From the human T2T-CHM13v2.0 reference genome, Homo sapiens: 64,000 bases of DNA. The notes below the pieces were generated by a model, which saw nothing but the letters and a program-made list of their open reading frames with translations, did no database searches and was not told the origin of the DNA. The DNA lies in the NCBI RefSeq assembly GCF_009914755.1, contig NC_060947.1; one strand, written 5' to 3'. Positions 30,878-44,990 of this stretch are shown piece after piece. The stretch's first letter is position 1. Every line of letters starts with the position of its first letter. The position numbers and the translations under genes were made by a program.

Positions 30878-31089
30878 TTTTAGACAATAGGTTGTGAGAA
30901 TGGGCAAAATTGGCAAAAATTCTTGTTCTCATGGAAAATACTCTAATATTGCTCCCCAGGCCCTTGCCTGTACAGTATAGAGACTCAGTAAGTGTGGGTA
31001 AACTATTAGTAAATTGAATGTGTTAAATAGGTGCAGACTGCCAGAGGAAGTTTGATGGGGAGTGTTTGAATTATACACCCAGGAATATT

Positions 31090-31300
31090 GGGTAGAGCAG
31101 AGGAAAGAATGTGAGCCTTTGAAATTAAAGAGTCTGGGTTAGAATCCAGCCTCTGGCCACTTGCTAGCATTGTGACGACTTTGGGCCGGTTGCTGAACTT
31201 CTGTGAACTTTAGTTATTGCATTTGGGAAATGGGTTAATGATAACTGCCTTGCAAAATAAGTGTGAGAACTAAATACCAGGGTGCATGAAATGTAGGGCT
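31090..31300 (+). mobile_element. MIR
   Basis: ctgggttagaatccagcctctggccacttgctagc..tgaacttctgtgaactttag core. Confidence 0.65.
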
Positions 31301-32149
31301 GGATACTCCAAAGGGACTCAATGCCTATTCCTCTTCCCCTCCCCCAAGCCCATGCTGTTACTTATGGCCTCTGTTGTTAGCTGGTGGGCCTTCTGTTGTA
31401 CTTAAATCTCTATCTGCTCCCCCACACTCCCCACTAGCCTGCCACCAGAGTATGGACAAGGCACACATGCTTTCCCTCTTCCAGCCCACATCTTGGTGCC
31501 CAGGTCTGACACTGCCAACAGCAGACATTCAGAGGCTAAAAACAAACTTTCCTCAGCCATCTGCCTCCTAGAAAGGAGGACTGGGTGCTTTATCTTTTAT
31601 GCATACTTGTGTTATGCACTTATTGGGTGTGAGGTTTGGAGCTCCCACAGAAGGGAGGGCACAGCCGCTGACATGAAGGAATTTCAAACCAGCAGGGAGG
31701 TCGCCACATCACAGTATGGTGTGTGGCAGCCACTGCCCAGGATTCCCTAACCTGGAAGTGCCTCAGAAGAAAGAGTCTGGGTTTGTTTCACTTCCTGCTG
31801 GATCCCCAGTGCAACACTTGGCAAAGGCAGGCAGGAGCTGGGGCTGTCCAACCTCGTTCCTATGTGGGAATGCACCTCAAAGATCAAGAAGCAGGGCTCT
31901 GGCAAGATCAAGGTTGTAGGAGGCCATTCCCAGCCTCCTCCTGCTCTTCAGCCCACTCCATGAGCAGTGCCTCTGGCAGCTATTGCCTCCGGCAGCTGTT
32001 GCCTCCACCACGCCCTTCTTCCACATTCAGCTGAAGGGCTTCCCCCTGGGAGCAAGACATACATACCCAGCCGTGGGCGTGGGGGCACATATAACAGTCT
32101 GGACACCAATAAGCCAGATCCAGAGGGCTTTATGATCCTTTCATATGTG

Positions 32150-32310
32150 TTCTTTCAGTCTCATAGCCATTCTGCCAGGCAGAGGATATTAAACCTCCAC
32201 ATGAGGAAACTGAGGTTAAGCAAGGCTAAGCCCCTCACTCCAGATCACAGGGCTAGAAAGTGGTGGTGGAGGACTGGAATTTGAACACATGTTTGGCTGA
32301 GTCCTGAATA
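32150..32310 (-). mobile_element. MIR
   Basis: atgaggaaactgaggtt..ggactggaatttgaac. Confidence 0.6.
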
Positions 32311-35300
32311 GTGCCTCAGTCATGGACTCCCATGGGACCACTTCCTTCCAATTTGCCGGGGTAGCTAAAGCCCCTGGGAGGACCCAGCAAGTGCCAACCA
32401 AATAGGCAAACATCTTGGTGATGCCTAAGGGAGGGAAGATGCAGCAAGCTAGGTGGAAAGGTCTGAGAGCACCTAGCATCCATTTCTTCTTAGGTCAACA
32501 CTGGTCACCAGAATTAGCCTTCCAGTTGCTTCGTCACATGGAGGCTAAATAACTTTATGGCTCTCTTCTCCAGCTGAAGAATGAGGATGGGGCAGATCTA
32601 GCTGCGGTGTCCTGAGTGACTGCCTTGTCCAGGACAGGGCCCTCTCCCAGGCAAGGATATCCTGGGAGAGCAGAACTTCCTGTGTGATGAACCCTTTTCC
32701 CTCTCCAGGGACAGCCAGGCCCCAAAGCCTGAGAGTGCACAGGGCATGCACGAGAAGCACCTGGGGCTTTGGATTGAGGGCAAAGATTCCATGGGAGGCT
32801 CCTCTCTCTCCCTGTCTCTGGTCCCAGCTTCCTTGTGCTTCCTCACTGTTCAGTGCAAACCTTAATTGAAATCAAGTTCTCTTCTTTTTATCAAGTGATG
32901 GAGCAACCTGGCTTTTCAGCCACTCATTTGATTTGTACTGTAAATGTTTGTTTTAATGAGACCTGATGTGAAGTTGGAATTGATAAGGATGTAAGCTGAC
33001 ATTTGATTTATAAGGGCAGGGAGCAGGACACACTTGAAAAATAACTAATTGAGGCTACCAGGGACTGCTGGCTTGGTGTCTTGGCCTAGCTGCTGCGAGG
33101 CAGAGGTCAGACTAGCTCACGTGTAGTCCAAAGCCACTGAACAAGGGGCTATTTCTTGACAAGTGCCTGACACATTGCACTTCCACGAGGCTTCCCCCCT
33201 TCCAGCTGTGGAACAAGGAGTCTATTTGCACAGGAATTCAGCAAGCTGTGGGCCATTTCCACTGTCTCGTGTCTCCTCACAGAAGGTCTGTAGCATGGGC
33301 AAATGGGGATTTCTCTCAACAGGACAAAGCATTTCTTTGCCATCCTTGACTGTAATCAATCAAAGGGAAACAGGAAACTATTGTAAAGTGACAAATATCA
33401 ATTTATGGATGTGGTATTGGTTTTGGAGATCAGACTCTCCCACTTCCTGACTTGGGGTTGTTCTGCACGTGGGTTGGTTTGCACTTCAGTGGCACCTGTT
33501 GATAGCTCAAAGTGTGTCTTGCCCATCTCTGATTTTGCAAACATCACCTCTGATGTGTGGACACTGAGCTGGCCGGGCCAGAAACCCGATATGATGCCAA
33601 ATCCTTTTCACTTTTTGAGAGTCAGTGAAATCACTTTCCCAAAATGTAACTGTTACCTCTCTTGTCCCCATGTCGCTTCACATAACAACTTAGTATCTTT
33701 CATTGACCTAGACAAATGGCCTCAGGCATCTTAGGAGCTCTCTCTTGCCCTGGGCTGGGTGGGGAAGTGAATTCAGGTGGTGGCTTATGAACTTTCCTGA
33801 CTTTTAACCCCAAGTCGGACCCCAACCCTCCCCTTGGGTTGTCTATGAGTGGCCAGGAGAGGTAACAAGGCTCAGGTGTGCTCTTTGCTGTGTGATTCTC
33901 AGGAAGGTAGAGGCAGAGAATCAGGGTGAAACCAAAACCAGCCCCACCTGGGGCAGGAAGCAGGGGCCCACCACATATGCGTGGGCACCAGGGCCAACCA
34001 GGAGAACCAAATATGCGCCTTTAACACAGAGGGGAAAACCAAGAGGGCAACTCAGTGTCATTCAGTGCCAGTGGGAATTGGAAGGAGGAGAAGGTGACAT
34101 AAACAGAGTGCCCCAGCTGATTTAGGTGTTAAATGTGGCAAACAGAGACATGGTCACTGAGATTTTCTTTTGCTTTTTTCTTCTACTTAAAATGCCAAAG
34201 AGATTATAAAAATGTGAAAAACAGGCAAACATAGTCAAGAACTAGTGTGCTTTATTTTGTCTAAGAAATGTATGTTCTCTTTTAGGTATTCATCCCCAGG
34301 GTCCACCAAGGTTTGTTACATTACATTGGTGGAGATTGTGGAACTGATTTGCACGGGACCTTCATGGCTGGGAGACAGAGTGATGCCACCTCTGGAGCCA
34401 CCCATATTTCTGGGTGTCCCAGTGGCATGTTCTTTTGGGAGGACAGGTTTAGGGGATGAGAGGCCATATGTATGTGAGTAGTGCTAGAATTTTCCAGAGG
34501 AAATAAGAATACCTCTCAAATTATTAGAATATTTGACTCCACAATCATTTTTCTCCATTTTCAATATCAACTTTGACAAGGAAGATTTGCTTATACTCTC
34601 ACATAACTCAGCCTCAGTAAATTAGAACTGTCAAATTGACTGTCGCAGCACTATGCAGTTTGCTGTATTTTTGACACCTGTTCTGTGACAGGGAGGGGAC
34701 TGTTGTGTGTAAATAGCTGGAAACACCAGTTATTAAGCAATAGATCAGTGCTGTCTTCTAGGTGGCATTTGGCTTTGTGGGTGGTGGGTTTCTTGAGGGT
34801 GCACAGGCTGGATCCTGGATTCTCCCTACTCGCCCTTACTGCCAGCCCCACCACCATCATCTCAGAGAACCCTCATGATCTCTTGTCTCTCCGCCTGCTC
34901 CAGCCTCCTCACTGGTTTCCTTCTGTCCAGACAGGCACTCTGAGAGCAAGGTTCCTTGAGCCCACATCTGACTGTAATTTCCCTGCCTAGAACCCTTCCA
35001 TTGCTTCCCACTGTTGATGGGATAAAGGCCCAACCTCCCTGATCCAGTTCCCACCCACCCACCAGTCAGGACACACCCCCTACTTCCTCTATGCTAACTG
35101 CTGCAGGCACTGCCCTTGGCCACAGTCACTTACAGGGCTCATCCAACTGAGCACCCCTGTCACATGCACCCCAAGGGGTCACAAGAACCATGACCCTTCT
35201 CCATCTTGTTCTCCAGGGAGGGGACTCAATCTGATTCCAACAGGCCAGGAGCAAAGCTGGATGTCCTTGTCAGCTCAGAATTGTCCCTATATTTGTCATT

Positions 35301-37954
35301 ACAATTCTGATCAGAGCCAAGTTAATTCCTTTCTCTGTGTCCCTGTTTCCTCATCTGTGGAATCAGAATACAGTAATAGTGTTTACTTATAGAGGTTGTT
35401 GCCCTCTCCTCTTCCTGGACTGTTTGGGTGGATAATTGCTAAGGCTCAGGGATTTTTTTTCCATTTACTTTATACTACATTTTTGTTAATTCAGCTTCTG
35501 CCTGTGCATGCAGTCAGAACTTCTTGTGTCACTGCAAATCTTTTTGATTCATCACACGCTGAACTGGATACTTTGTCATTTCACTACAGTCCCTTAGCAA
35601 GAGAACTGGGTTTTTCCCACAACCCAGCAACTACTGGGGCCCTGGAAGGCCCATGGAAGGCCCTTTCTTCAAGATGTATATGGTGGTCTGCTCCTTGGGG
35701 GATGTGGCTGGGGCATCTAAGACTGAGGACAGTGCAGGCACATGTGTGACCAAGGCTTGCTCCCCTCCCCTTCCTGGCCCTCTGGTGCCCTTGAGAGAGA
35801 CTCATTTGGAAGACACTGGACTGAGCTCATGAGACAGACACAGCCTTCTTGGTATAACCCTCCAAAGCCAGGCTCAAGGTAAACTGCTGTTGGGTCTGTG
35901 GGATTTGGATCACTCTCTCCAATCTCTAATCTTACCTTCTCTGCTGCCCACAGAGCATTCCTCCCCCTGCCGCTTGCTCTGCCCTCCTCTGGGGTGCCTG
36001 CTGCCTTGTATTATTTCCCTTGGTCCAGTGGTGCTGAGCCAGCTCGGGTGGAAACTGCTGGCTTCCTGGGGGACACAGCATTGGAAATGGGGAGCCAGGG
36101 AACTCCAGGGGAAACTGCATTGGTGGAATATGTGTATGCAATAATACACACGCAAAAACATGCACAGAGGTGCACACACATGCTCATACACACAAACACA
36201 CGCATGCAATCAGACACATGCCCACACGTGCACATACCCTCACGCCCATTCACTTTTACACTTGCACACATGCACATACACACATATGTACACAGGCACA
36301 TGTGCTCACACCCCCAGCCAGCCTCATCTTTGCATTTCTGTGCTTTTGTGAGCTGGCAGCTGCTGCTCCCCTTATCCTCCAATCGAACATCCCCTGCCGT
36401 AGCACCCCAGCCCAGCTCCTCCAGTCTACGGGAGCTAATGGTTTCTTCTACCTCTTTGCAGGCCCAATCCCAAAGGGTCTGGCCTTGGGCGTGATTTATC
36501 TCTGCTTTCTTTGAGCATTGATATTGTTCTACCTCTGCCATCAAGCTGAGCCCCACTGGGCAGAATCAGGGAACTGCCTGAATGGTCTGATATCATCTCA
36601 TAGCCCCACCAGTAACCTGGCCTTGTTGTTTCACCATTTGGTGCCACCTTTGAGCCTGAGTCGGGGGTGGCACTGCTCCCTAGGCAGTTGGCTGGAAATG
36701 GCAGGCTGCTCCTACACTCACTCCTGCCTACTGAAGGAAGCCAAAAAGAGAAACAGTTCAGCAATTCCTAAGCCATTGTGTCATTCTTGCAAATGTAGTC
36801 ACCATGCCCATTTGAGCCCCCGACTCTTGGTCTTTTCCTTTTTGTAGTCTGGAAAAATATTTTGGTTTCCAAGCAAAACATTTTTCCTACTGCTGTCTTT
36901 GTGAAGCACATACAGGGTTGGTTTTTTTGTTTGTTTGTTTTGTTTTGTTTTGATTAGTTTGTAGTTTGTTCTAGCTTTTTTTTTTCTTTTTCTTTCTTTC
37001 TTTCTTTCTTTCTTTTTTTTTTTTTTTTGCAACTTCATGGCAACATCCAACACCCTTAACTTTTCTGGGGCTTTGGGAGAGATGTCACTGGTGGCCTGGG
37101 AGTCATGAGAAGGACTGAGTCTGAATTCAGACTCTGCCATGTGCCATATGATCTCAGGCAAGCCAGTGAATGGACAGTACCCACCTTCAAGGCTCCTGGA
37201 GGATCGAGCCACAGAATTTGGATGAAATCATGTTGCAAAACAGCAGTCACGACTCAGTTTTGGGTTGTCATTATCACTTATAATAATGCTTACTTGAGGT
37301 GAAGTGACTGTGTTTGGGGTCTGGCCCTTTGGGTCCCATCAAGATTAGCCTTCTGCTATCCTCATGCAGAGAGGGTACATTTTTGGTTAGGGAGGCAAGT
37401 CATCCTGGTCTGTTGTCTCATTTGTGTGGCTGCTCAGAAACCCTGACCTGGCTCAGGTAAACACTCTTGATGTCCCAAATTTGAGATTGTTTTTGCAGGG
37501 AGCAGTGAGAAGCTGAGTCCCACTTTCATGGGTGCCTATCTGGTTCCAGTCCACATAGTTCTATGCTGGCCCAGGTTCCTAAGAGCCAAGCCTTTGCCAT
37601 GAGCTTTTATATTCCATGGGATCCTATGCTAGTTGTCCCTAATCCCCTCTGAACCCATAAGGAGCACTAATCTCAGGCCCAGCCCCCACAAAGGGGCCCT
37701 GCTCCCATTCCTTGCCTGGCTTGGCCTGAAGTCCAGTTTGTCATATGACTCGATGGCTATACATTTCTCATTTATTCTTATTTCTTTCAAAAAAAAAAAA
37801 AACCAATGAGTGATTTCAGATGCCTTTTAAAAGAGAAGGTAAAAGGAGAATTGGATTGCACTTTATTATAAATTTGAGAGGCACTTTGACATTTATTCCA
37901 GAAAATTCCTTTTGATGTTTAATACCCACCGTATGGCTGTCATAACAAAGAGGT

Positions 37955-38383
37955 TGCATTAATTTGCTAGGGCTGCTGTAGCAAAGTATCACAAAATGGG
38001 TGGCTTAAGCAACAGACATGTATTGTCTTTTATAGTTCTGGAAGCTGGAAGTCTGAGATTGAGGTGTCAGCAGGGTGAGTTTCTTAAGAGGGCTATGAAG
38101 GAAGGATGTGTTCCAGGCCTCTCTCCTTGGCTTTTAGATGGCCGTCTTCTCCATGTTTGTCTTCATATCATCTTCCCTCTGTGTTTGCCTGCGTCCGAAT
38201 TTCCTCTTTCTATAAGGACACCAGTCATATTGGATTAGGGCCCACCCTAATGCCCTCAGTTTAATTTGATTACCTCTGTAGAGACCATATTTTCAAATAA
38301 GGTCACATTCTGAGATGCTGGGAGTTAGGACTTCACCATATCTTTTTGTTGGGGGAAGAGAGGCCACAATTCAACCCATAACA
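37955..38383 (-). mobile_element. MaLR solo LTR, MLT1B-like
   Basis: ttgctagggctgctgtagcaaagtatcac..aaggacaccagtcatattggattagggcccaccctaatg..caattcaacccataaca. Confidence 0.85.
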
Positions 38384-41300
38384 GTGGCTCTTAGAGCCTG
38401 GGCATCCTTAGCCTGAGTAAAGCTTCCCTCAGGTACAGAAGGCCCATTGCCTCCTCAGGGTCCCTGTGGTATTGGTTTAGCAGCCACTCCAGAAAAGGGA
38501 AAGACAACATTACTGCCCTCAAAGCCCAAGAGGAGGCCTGGGAGGTGGCTCTGAGGAAAGCACAGAAGTTCAACAACAGGCTGATGCCTGAGATGGTGGG
38601 GCTCCCTGTCTGTTCTTGGGGACCAGGAAGTGGCTCTGAGCAAGAACAATGGGCAGGAATTCAGTCCGTGGACAGTGCAGGAAAAGGCCAAAAACCAGCA
38701 GGAAGATGGGGAATACTGGATCAAACATGAAAATTCAAGAAAATCCAAATTGGGGGCACTGCTGTTTTTACCACACTGAGTTTCCCAAAGAACACAGAGC
38801 AAGTTTAAATGTAGTCCCCTTAGATGTGAAATGCAAAGCATTTGATGAAAAGCTCAGAACAGCCTGGTGACATTCCTGTGGTCTTGAGTCAAGGTGGATG
38901 GATTTGGTTTGAGTGAGAAGTAGTAAGATGCTCAATGCAGTGTCTACCTGCAGGGAAGCAGCTGGTGAAGTTTCTCATTGGTGGTGCTGCTCCCTCTGTA
39001 AGGCACACCTGATACCCAGCCTATTTTCTGTAGGAGAAGAAGTCATTCTCCATATCCTCCTAATGATACAGGGAAACTAGGAAATAAGCTCTCTGGGACT
39101 GACCCAGGCACAGCTAACCCTACTTTCTTTGAAAAATAATCACTTCTTTCTGTGACATGAGTTTACAGTGTTGCTAGAACATTATGCCCATGTAATAGGA
39201 CCCAAACCGTGGAAGAAGCACATTGAAATGTGCTTCATATTTACTGCAACCAATTTGAAAATAAATTGAAAACGTCTCTCCTAAACTTGTTATATGGTAG
39301 TTGAGATAATGGCTTTTCTTTCTCTTAACCAATAACAACGCTGAGATCTTCTCCCTTGCAAGAACTTGGTCTAAATTCAGAAGATAGGCAGCCGCAATAA
39401 TAGCTGAGTTCTCACATTGATGTTTCTTTTGTTTCTGTTGCTTTTTCCTCTGGGAGCAACTCATTCAGAAGCTCCCCTGGTTCTCTCGGGGTTGAGGCTG
39501 AATTCACTTCTGACCTATTCTGGCCATTTAACGTGGCATATGATGAGCACAGCCTACATGGCACTGCCAAACCAAACCAGCAAATACAGTCTTTCAGTGG
39601 GAAAGGGATGGCTCAAGATGGAGGATCTATAGGGCATCTTTGGCAAAGCACCAGCTTTAAATTGCCTTTGTATCTGGCAGAGACTGGAGTGGCCCTAACA
39701 TCCTTCAAACCACAAACACATACTTGTGCACACTCCAGGGACAGACCCAGGCCACAACAGGTCTGTGGTAACAAAAGGTCCAACTCTCTGGCAGATGTGG
39801 ACACTGGCTGCTTAATCTTATTAGCCAGGGAGATCTAGCTAAAGGCAAGTTTGGGCAGAGAAGCAACAGTCAGTGAGGTAGACAGGTATTTTTAAGGTAG
39901 TCCAGGTGCTTTAGAGATTGCAGCATGAAGCTGTAAGAAATATGCTACTCTCCCAACATCTAGTACTATTCGCTAGCTGACATTGACATTGACCAGAGGC
40001 TGCGTTTTAGGCACAGTCCGTTGGTACCTTCTTGTCATCATCAGCATATGATGATGGTGGTTTCTCAACTCAGGGTCTTGTTTGGCAACTCGTTTTCAAC
40101 ATAGGCACTTCTCTTTTTCAGGTAGGCACTATCACAGCCTGGCCAATCTTGTGACAGACAAACAAGTCCCCTGCTAGGAGACACATGAACTTGTGAGTCA
40201 GTTCACTAACACTTAGCCTATGGGGAATGAACTCTGGCAGACACCCACCCAGCTGGAGTCAACATTCTGTTTAAGTGGACTAAGCTCATTTGATGGGGCT
40301 TTGCTGTGATGGAACACGTATGTTTTGAATGTGGTTTGATTTAAATTGAAATCTAATTTGTAATGTCTCAGGGGGTAAGCCTTTCAAGACTAAGGAGAGA
40401 AACAAGGTGGTTCATTCTGTGTGAGGGATGGGATTCCTGCTCTGAGTGTTTCAGATTTTGGTGAGTTGTTTGTTTGTTGAAGGTGGCCTGCCTCTGGATG
40501 GTTGTTTTGTTTTGTTTTCACCTATTTTCCAAAGCAGATTGGGGAGAGACTGCTTTTGACTAAAAATATTTCTAAGAGCAAATTGCTTTTGCCAGCAGTT
40601 TATGTCCTGCCTCCACCTGGTTGCCGTGACAGCAGCTGGTATTCTTGAAGGGACATTCAGGTATTGGGTATCAAGAGATGGAAGGGAGCACTAGCAAGAA
40701 AAAATATCAAGTACTTTGTCTCAATTGTCACATTATTTTACTTCAGAAAATACAAATAAATTAATCTAACAGGCCATTGGGTTCAGATAGAAGAAACTGT
40801 ACCTGCAGTAAGGACACAAGAGCTCCAGGACTGAAAGGGCTCCCTGTTGGTGAGGCTACTTGCTCCTGCTGGAGAAGCAAGGGCCTCTGCAGTCCCTGGG
40901 TCTTCCCTCCATGCCCTAGGAACAGCAATGGGCAAATCCTTCAACTTTAAGATCTGAGAAATGGCTGATTCCATGAGAGGATTTGCCTGTGCCAAAAGGG
41001 AGCTGCAGGTGGATAGCACCGGGCATTGGGGTGCCCTAGACTGGGCTTCAGAATCATCTGGAGCATCCACAAGAAAAGCAATAAAGAAGGGTTGGAATTC
41101 ATTGTTAGAATCTTCCCCTACCCTGTGTGTTTGGCTTAAACCATCTGCATGTCCACTGGGGAGTGACTTCCAGCCAGGAGGCAGCATCTCCAAGATCCAT
41201 TATCTCTGCTTTGCTTCAGGACAAGAATGTCCTCACCGACCAGGCTAAAGATCTGTACTGCCCAGTTCTGTACGCCACAAGTCCTGTAATGTCTGCCTCC

Positions 41301-42176
41301 CACAACTGAGGGCTGGAGAACAAATTAACCACCAAAACCCCCCACACCTATTGCAATAAGGGCCTTGGATACTTATGGTTAATATAAAATATGTTTAGTT
41401 ATCCATTTACATTTTGTTTGCTTGAAGTCTTGCACTAACTCATATGATGGTGGGAGTTGAGTCAAGGGGACTTCAGTGACTGTCTTTCATGATATTTGCC
41501 ATACCAACATAGAAAGGGGCCTGTCTGGTACATCTGTGCTCTTTATTGCCTTGGAAATTGTCTGGCTCACACTGTGCCTTCAGACAAGTCCCAGATTCAC
41601 CTTGGTTGTTTCCCTGAAGGTACACTAAGGTTAGATAAGAGAAGGGTTTCTCAAAACCGGGGATGCATGCTGAAGATGGATTTTAGGTTGCATAGAAGCA
41701 ATAGTCTCTAGTTAAGCAATAGTCAACCAGACCTATAGTAAGAATGTCAGTCTCAGGTCAACTGCTTTTCAGTCCTCAGGAGACAGCAAACCCTCTGCCT
41801 CAGGTGGGTGCTACTTGTCTGGAACACTCTTCTAAACTTTGCTCATCTCCTTTTTTACCACAGAGAAAGCAGGGTTCAGGCCCTGGACACCCACAGACAC
41901 TGGGTTCTCACTGGGATTTAATATCATGGTTTAGTGTTCGTCGTGTTCATTTTTGTGGCAAGTAATATTGGTGCTTCTTTTACACAATAATGAAAAGTTT
42001 CCTTTTAAAATAAGTTGAAGCAAAAGTAGTGGGTTGACCTAAAGAATATTTTAAATTAAAAATTAGTACAGATGTGAGCATGTGGAGCCTGAAATTTGGG
42101 AATCTCTGGGCCAGGTTATTCCAGCAGTTCTCCCAGCTCTAATGTTCTGGAACTTTATGAACCAAGGGTCAGTTAG

Positions 42177-43080
42177 TGGGAGAAAATATTTGCAAATTAC
42201 ATATTCGATAGGGGACTTGTATCCAGAATAAAGAACTCTTACAACTCAGCAATAAAAAGACACATGACTCAATTAAAAATAGGCAAAATATCTGAATAGT
42301 CATCTCTCCAAAGAAGATATATACATGGCCAGTGAGCACATGAAAAGGTGGTCAATATCACTAATTACTCGGGAAATGCAAATGCAAATCAAAACCACAA
42401 TGAGATAACACTTCACACCCACTAAGATGGCTATAATTTTAAAAAAGGAAAACAACAAGTGTTGTGAAAATGTGAAGAATTTGAAACCCTCATATACTGC
42501 TGGTGGAAATGTAAAATGATGCAGTCCCATTGGAAAACAGTCTGAAAGTTCCTCAAGAAGTTAAACATGGACTTTATCATATGACCCAGAAATTCCATTC
42601 CTAGGTATATAGCCAAAAGAATTGGGAATACATCCATGCATAAATGTGTATGCAAATGTTCACAGCAGTGTTATGTATAACAGCAAAAAAATTTCCAATA
42701 GATGAGTAGATAAAATAATATGTCTATATGATAGAATATCATTCAGCCATAAAAAGAATTAACTACTGATGCATGCTACAAAATGGATGATCCTAAAATA
42801 TATTTAATAAAAGAAGCCAGTCACAACGATTACCTATTGTATGATTCCATTTATATGAAATGTACACAATAGGCAAATCCATAGAGATGGAAAGCAGATT
42901 AGTGGCTAGAGGAGAGGAAATGGGAAATGTCTGCTAATAGGTATAAGGGTTTCTCTTGGGGGTGATGGAAATGTTCTAGAATATAGTGGTTGTACAACTT
43001 TATTAATATACTAAAACTTGTACACTTCCAAAGGTAAATGTTGTAATATGTGAACTATATCTAAATTTTTAAAAATACCA
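42177..43080 (+). mobile_element. L1MB 3' end
   Basis: tgggagaaaatatttgcaaat..aaaaccacaatgagata..tgattccatttatatgaaatg..aaatccatagag..gaactatatct. Confidence 0.85.
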
Positions 43081-43349
43081 ATAGCAAAGTGAAAAAAATG
43101 AGTAAGGGGTCCTGAGTGCCTATCAAATAAATGCATGTTTGGTATTAACTTTGGAGAGATCCAGGAATCTGCACCCTTTGGCCTCTCTGCTTTTCTGACT
43201 TCTAAACCTTGCTTTCTAAGGCCTCCTTGATCTTGATCTCTATGATAAACTGGGAGTGGGGACAGGCACAACATACAGGACTAGGCCTCAATTCTACATT
43301 CTTAAAGACGCACAATACTGAAGGAAACATGTCTGTAAAGAACTCTGGA

Positions 43350-43765
43350 GAGGCTGCCTAATTTCATGGTTAAGAATATGTGTTCTGAAGTCTGGAGTTG
43401 GAATTCTGGTTTTCCACTTCATGGCTGTCACCTTGAAGGTGACTTAGGCAAGTCACCTAACGTCTCTGAGCTGCCACATTCTCTTGTATAAAATCAGCCT
43501 AATCCCAGCACCCATCTCCCCAGTATCATTGTGAGGATTAAACACATATAAAGCCCTTCATACGCCCAGTGCCTGGCATGATTAGCACTTTAGAAATGGT
43601 CTCCTCTAGCTGACTGGGCTGGGAGGATGGTACCACAGTGGGCAGAAAACCAGAGTGCTTGATTCAGGAGGTTCTAGTCCTTTCTCTGTTGCTTACTAGT
43701 TGTGACCTTGGGCAATCACCTTCCCTCACTGATCCTCAGTTTCTTCATCTGTAAAATGGAACACT
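43350..43765 (+). mobile_element. Two MIR fragments
   Basis: gtgacttaggcaagtcacctaacgtctctgagc; tgtgaccttgggcaa..cctcagtttcttcatctgtaaaatgg. Confidence 0.7.
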
Positions 43766-44449
43766 CAGCCTGCTTTTCACCAATGCCAGCCTGCCTCTGA
43801 AGTTTTGTTAATGAGGAAAAAGGGCTTTCCTGGCTTTGGTAAAGGGGGTTTCTGTTTCAAGAGAGCTAGACTCCATATGCCTAAAAGTGGTATCTCCTGG
43901 TCCAGAATCTGATCTTTTCTAGCTACAGACTGTCCAGTGAAGTCTGACATGGCTGAAATGCTCAAGTAAGGGCTCCCTTACCCAAGGAAGCTCTCTTATC
44001 TGTGATCTTGGGCATGATCTTGGCTTGCTTATCTGTTTGGAGAGGAGCCTGGGCTAGATGGTGTCTAGGGTCCTTCCAGCTCAGGCTTCAGTAATTCCTC
44101 TATGGTGAGCCCCCATTCCTTACTGCCTCTGCTCTTCTGGATGGGAAGAGCAGACCAAAGGAACAGCAAAGCTTCTCCATTGCAGCCTTGTTGCTTGTTT
44201 TTGTTTCTAATCTGTGACGAGGAGCACACTTATGCACCTCTCATCTGGGCATCACCACTTTTCCCAGCCCCTAAAGTATTGAAACTGCTACACTATTGTA
44301 GAAGTGTGTCTGGGGCCCTGTTCAAAGTGCTTTCAGAAAAAAAAGTGGTCCCTAGATGAAGTGAGTGTTGTGGGAGGTTGACCTAAATCTGATTTGATTT
44401 GTGAGTCCCTCCTTCTTGCCTGCAGGCAGGTCCAAATGGAGCTCTTTCT

Positions 44450-44990
44450 TTAAAATGGTTTATTGTGGTAAAACATACATAACATTTTACTATTAGGATG
44501 GTGCAAAAGTCATTGTGATCTTTGCAGTTACTTTAAAAAAAAAAAAAAAAAAATGGCAAAAACCGCAATTACTTTTGCACCAACCTAATATTTTTAGCCA
44601 TTTTTTTGGCATACAGGTCAGTGGCATAAGTGCCTTCACGTTGTTGTGCAACCATCACCACCATCCATCACCAGAAATCTTCATCTTTCCAAACCGAAAT
44701 TCTGTCCCCATTAAACACTAACTCCCCATCCCCTGTTCCCCAGCCCATGGCACCCATCATTCTACTTTCCTTCTCTATGAATTTGACAGCCCTTTGGACC
44801 TCCTGTGAGTGAAATCACACAGGATTTATCCCTTTGTGACTGGCTCATTTCACTTAGCATAATGTCCGCAAGCATCATCCATGGTGTAGCATATGTCAGG
44901 AATGTCCTTCCTTTTTAAGACTGAATAGTATTCCATGTATGGATACACCACATTTTGTTTATCCAGTTATCTGTTGATGGACATTTGGCA
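44450..44990 (-). mobile_element. L1MB 3' fragment (antisense) containing a MADE1
   Basis: ttgttgtgcaaccatcaccaccatccat..tttcacttagcataatgt..tctgttgatggacatttgg. Confidence 0.8.
44493..44588. mobile_element. MADE1 mariner MITE with an expanded A-run in the loop
   Basis: ttaggatggtgcaaaagt..aaaaaccgcaattacttttgcaccaacctaa, TA flanks. Confidence 0.9.
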
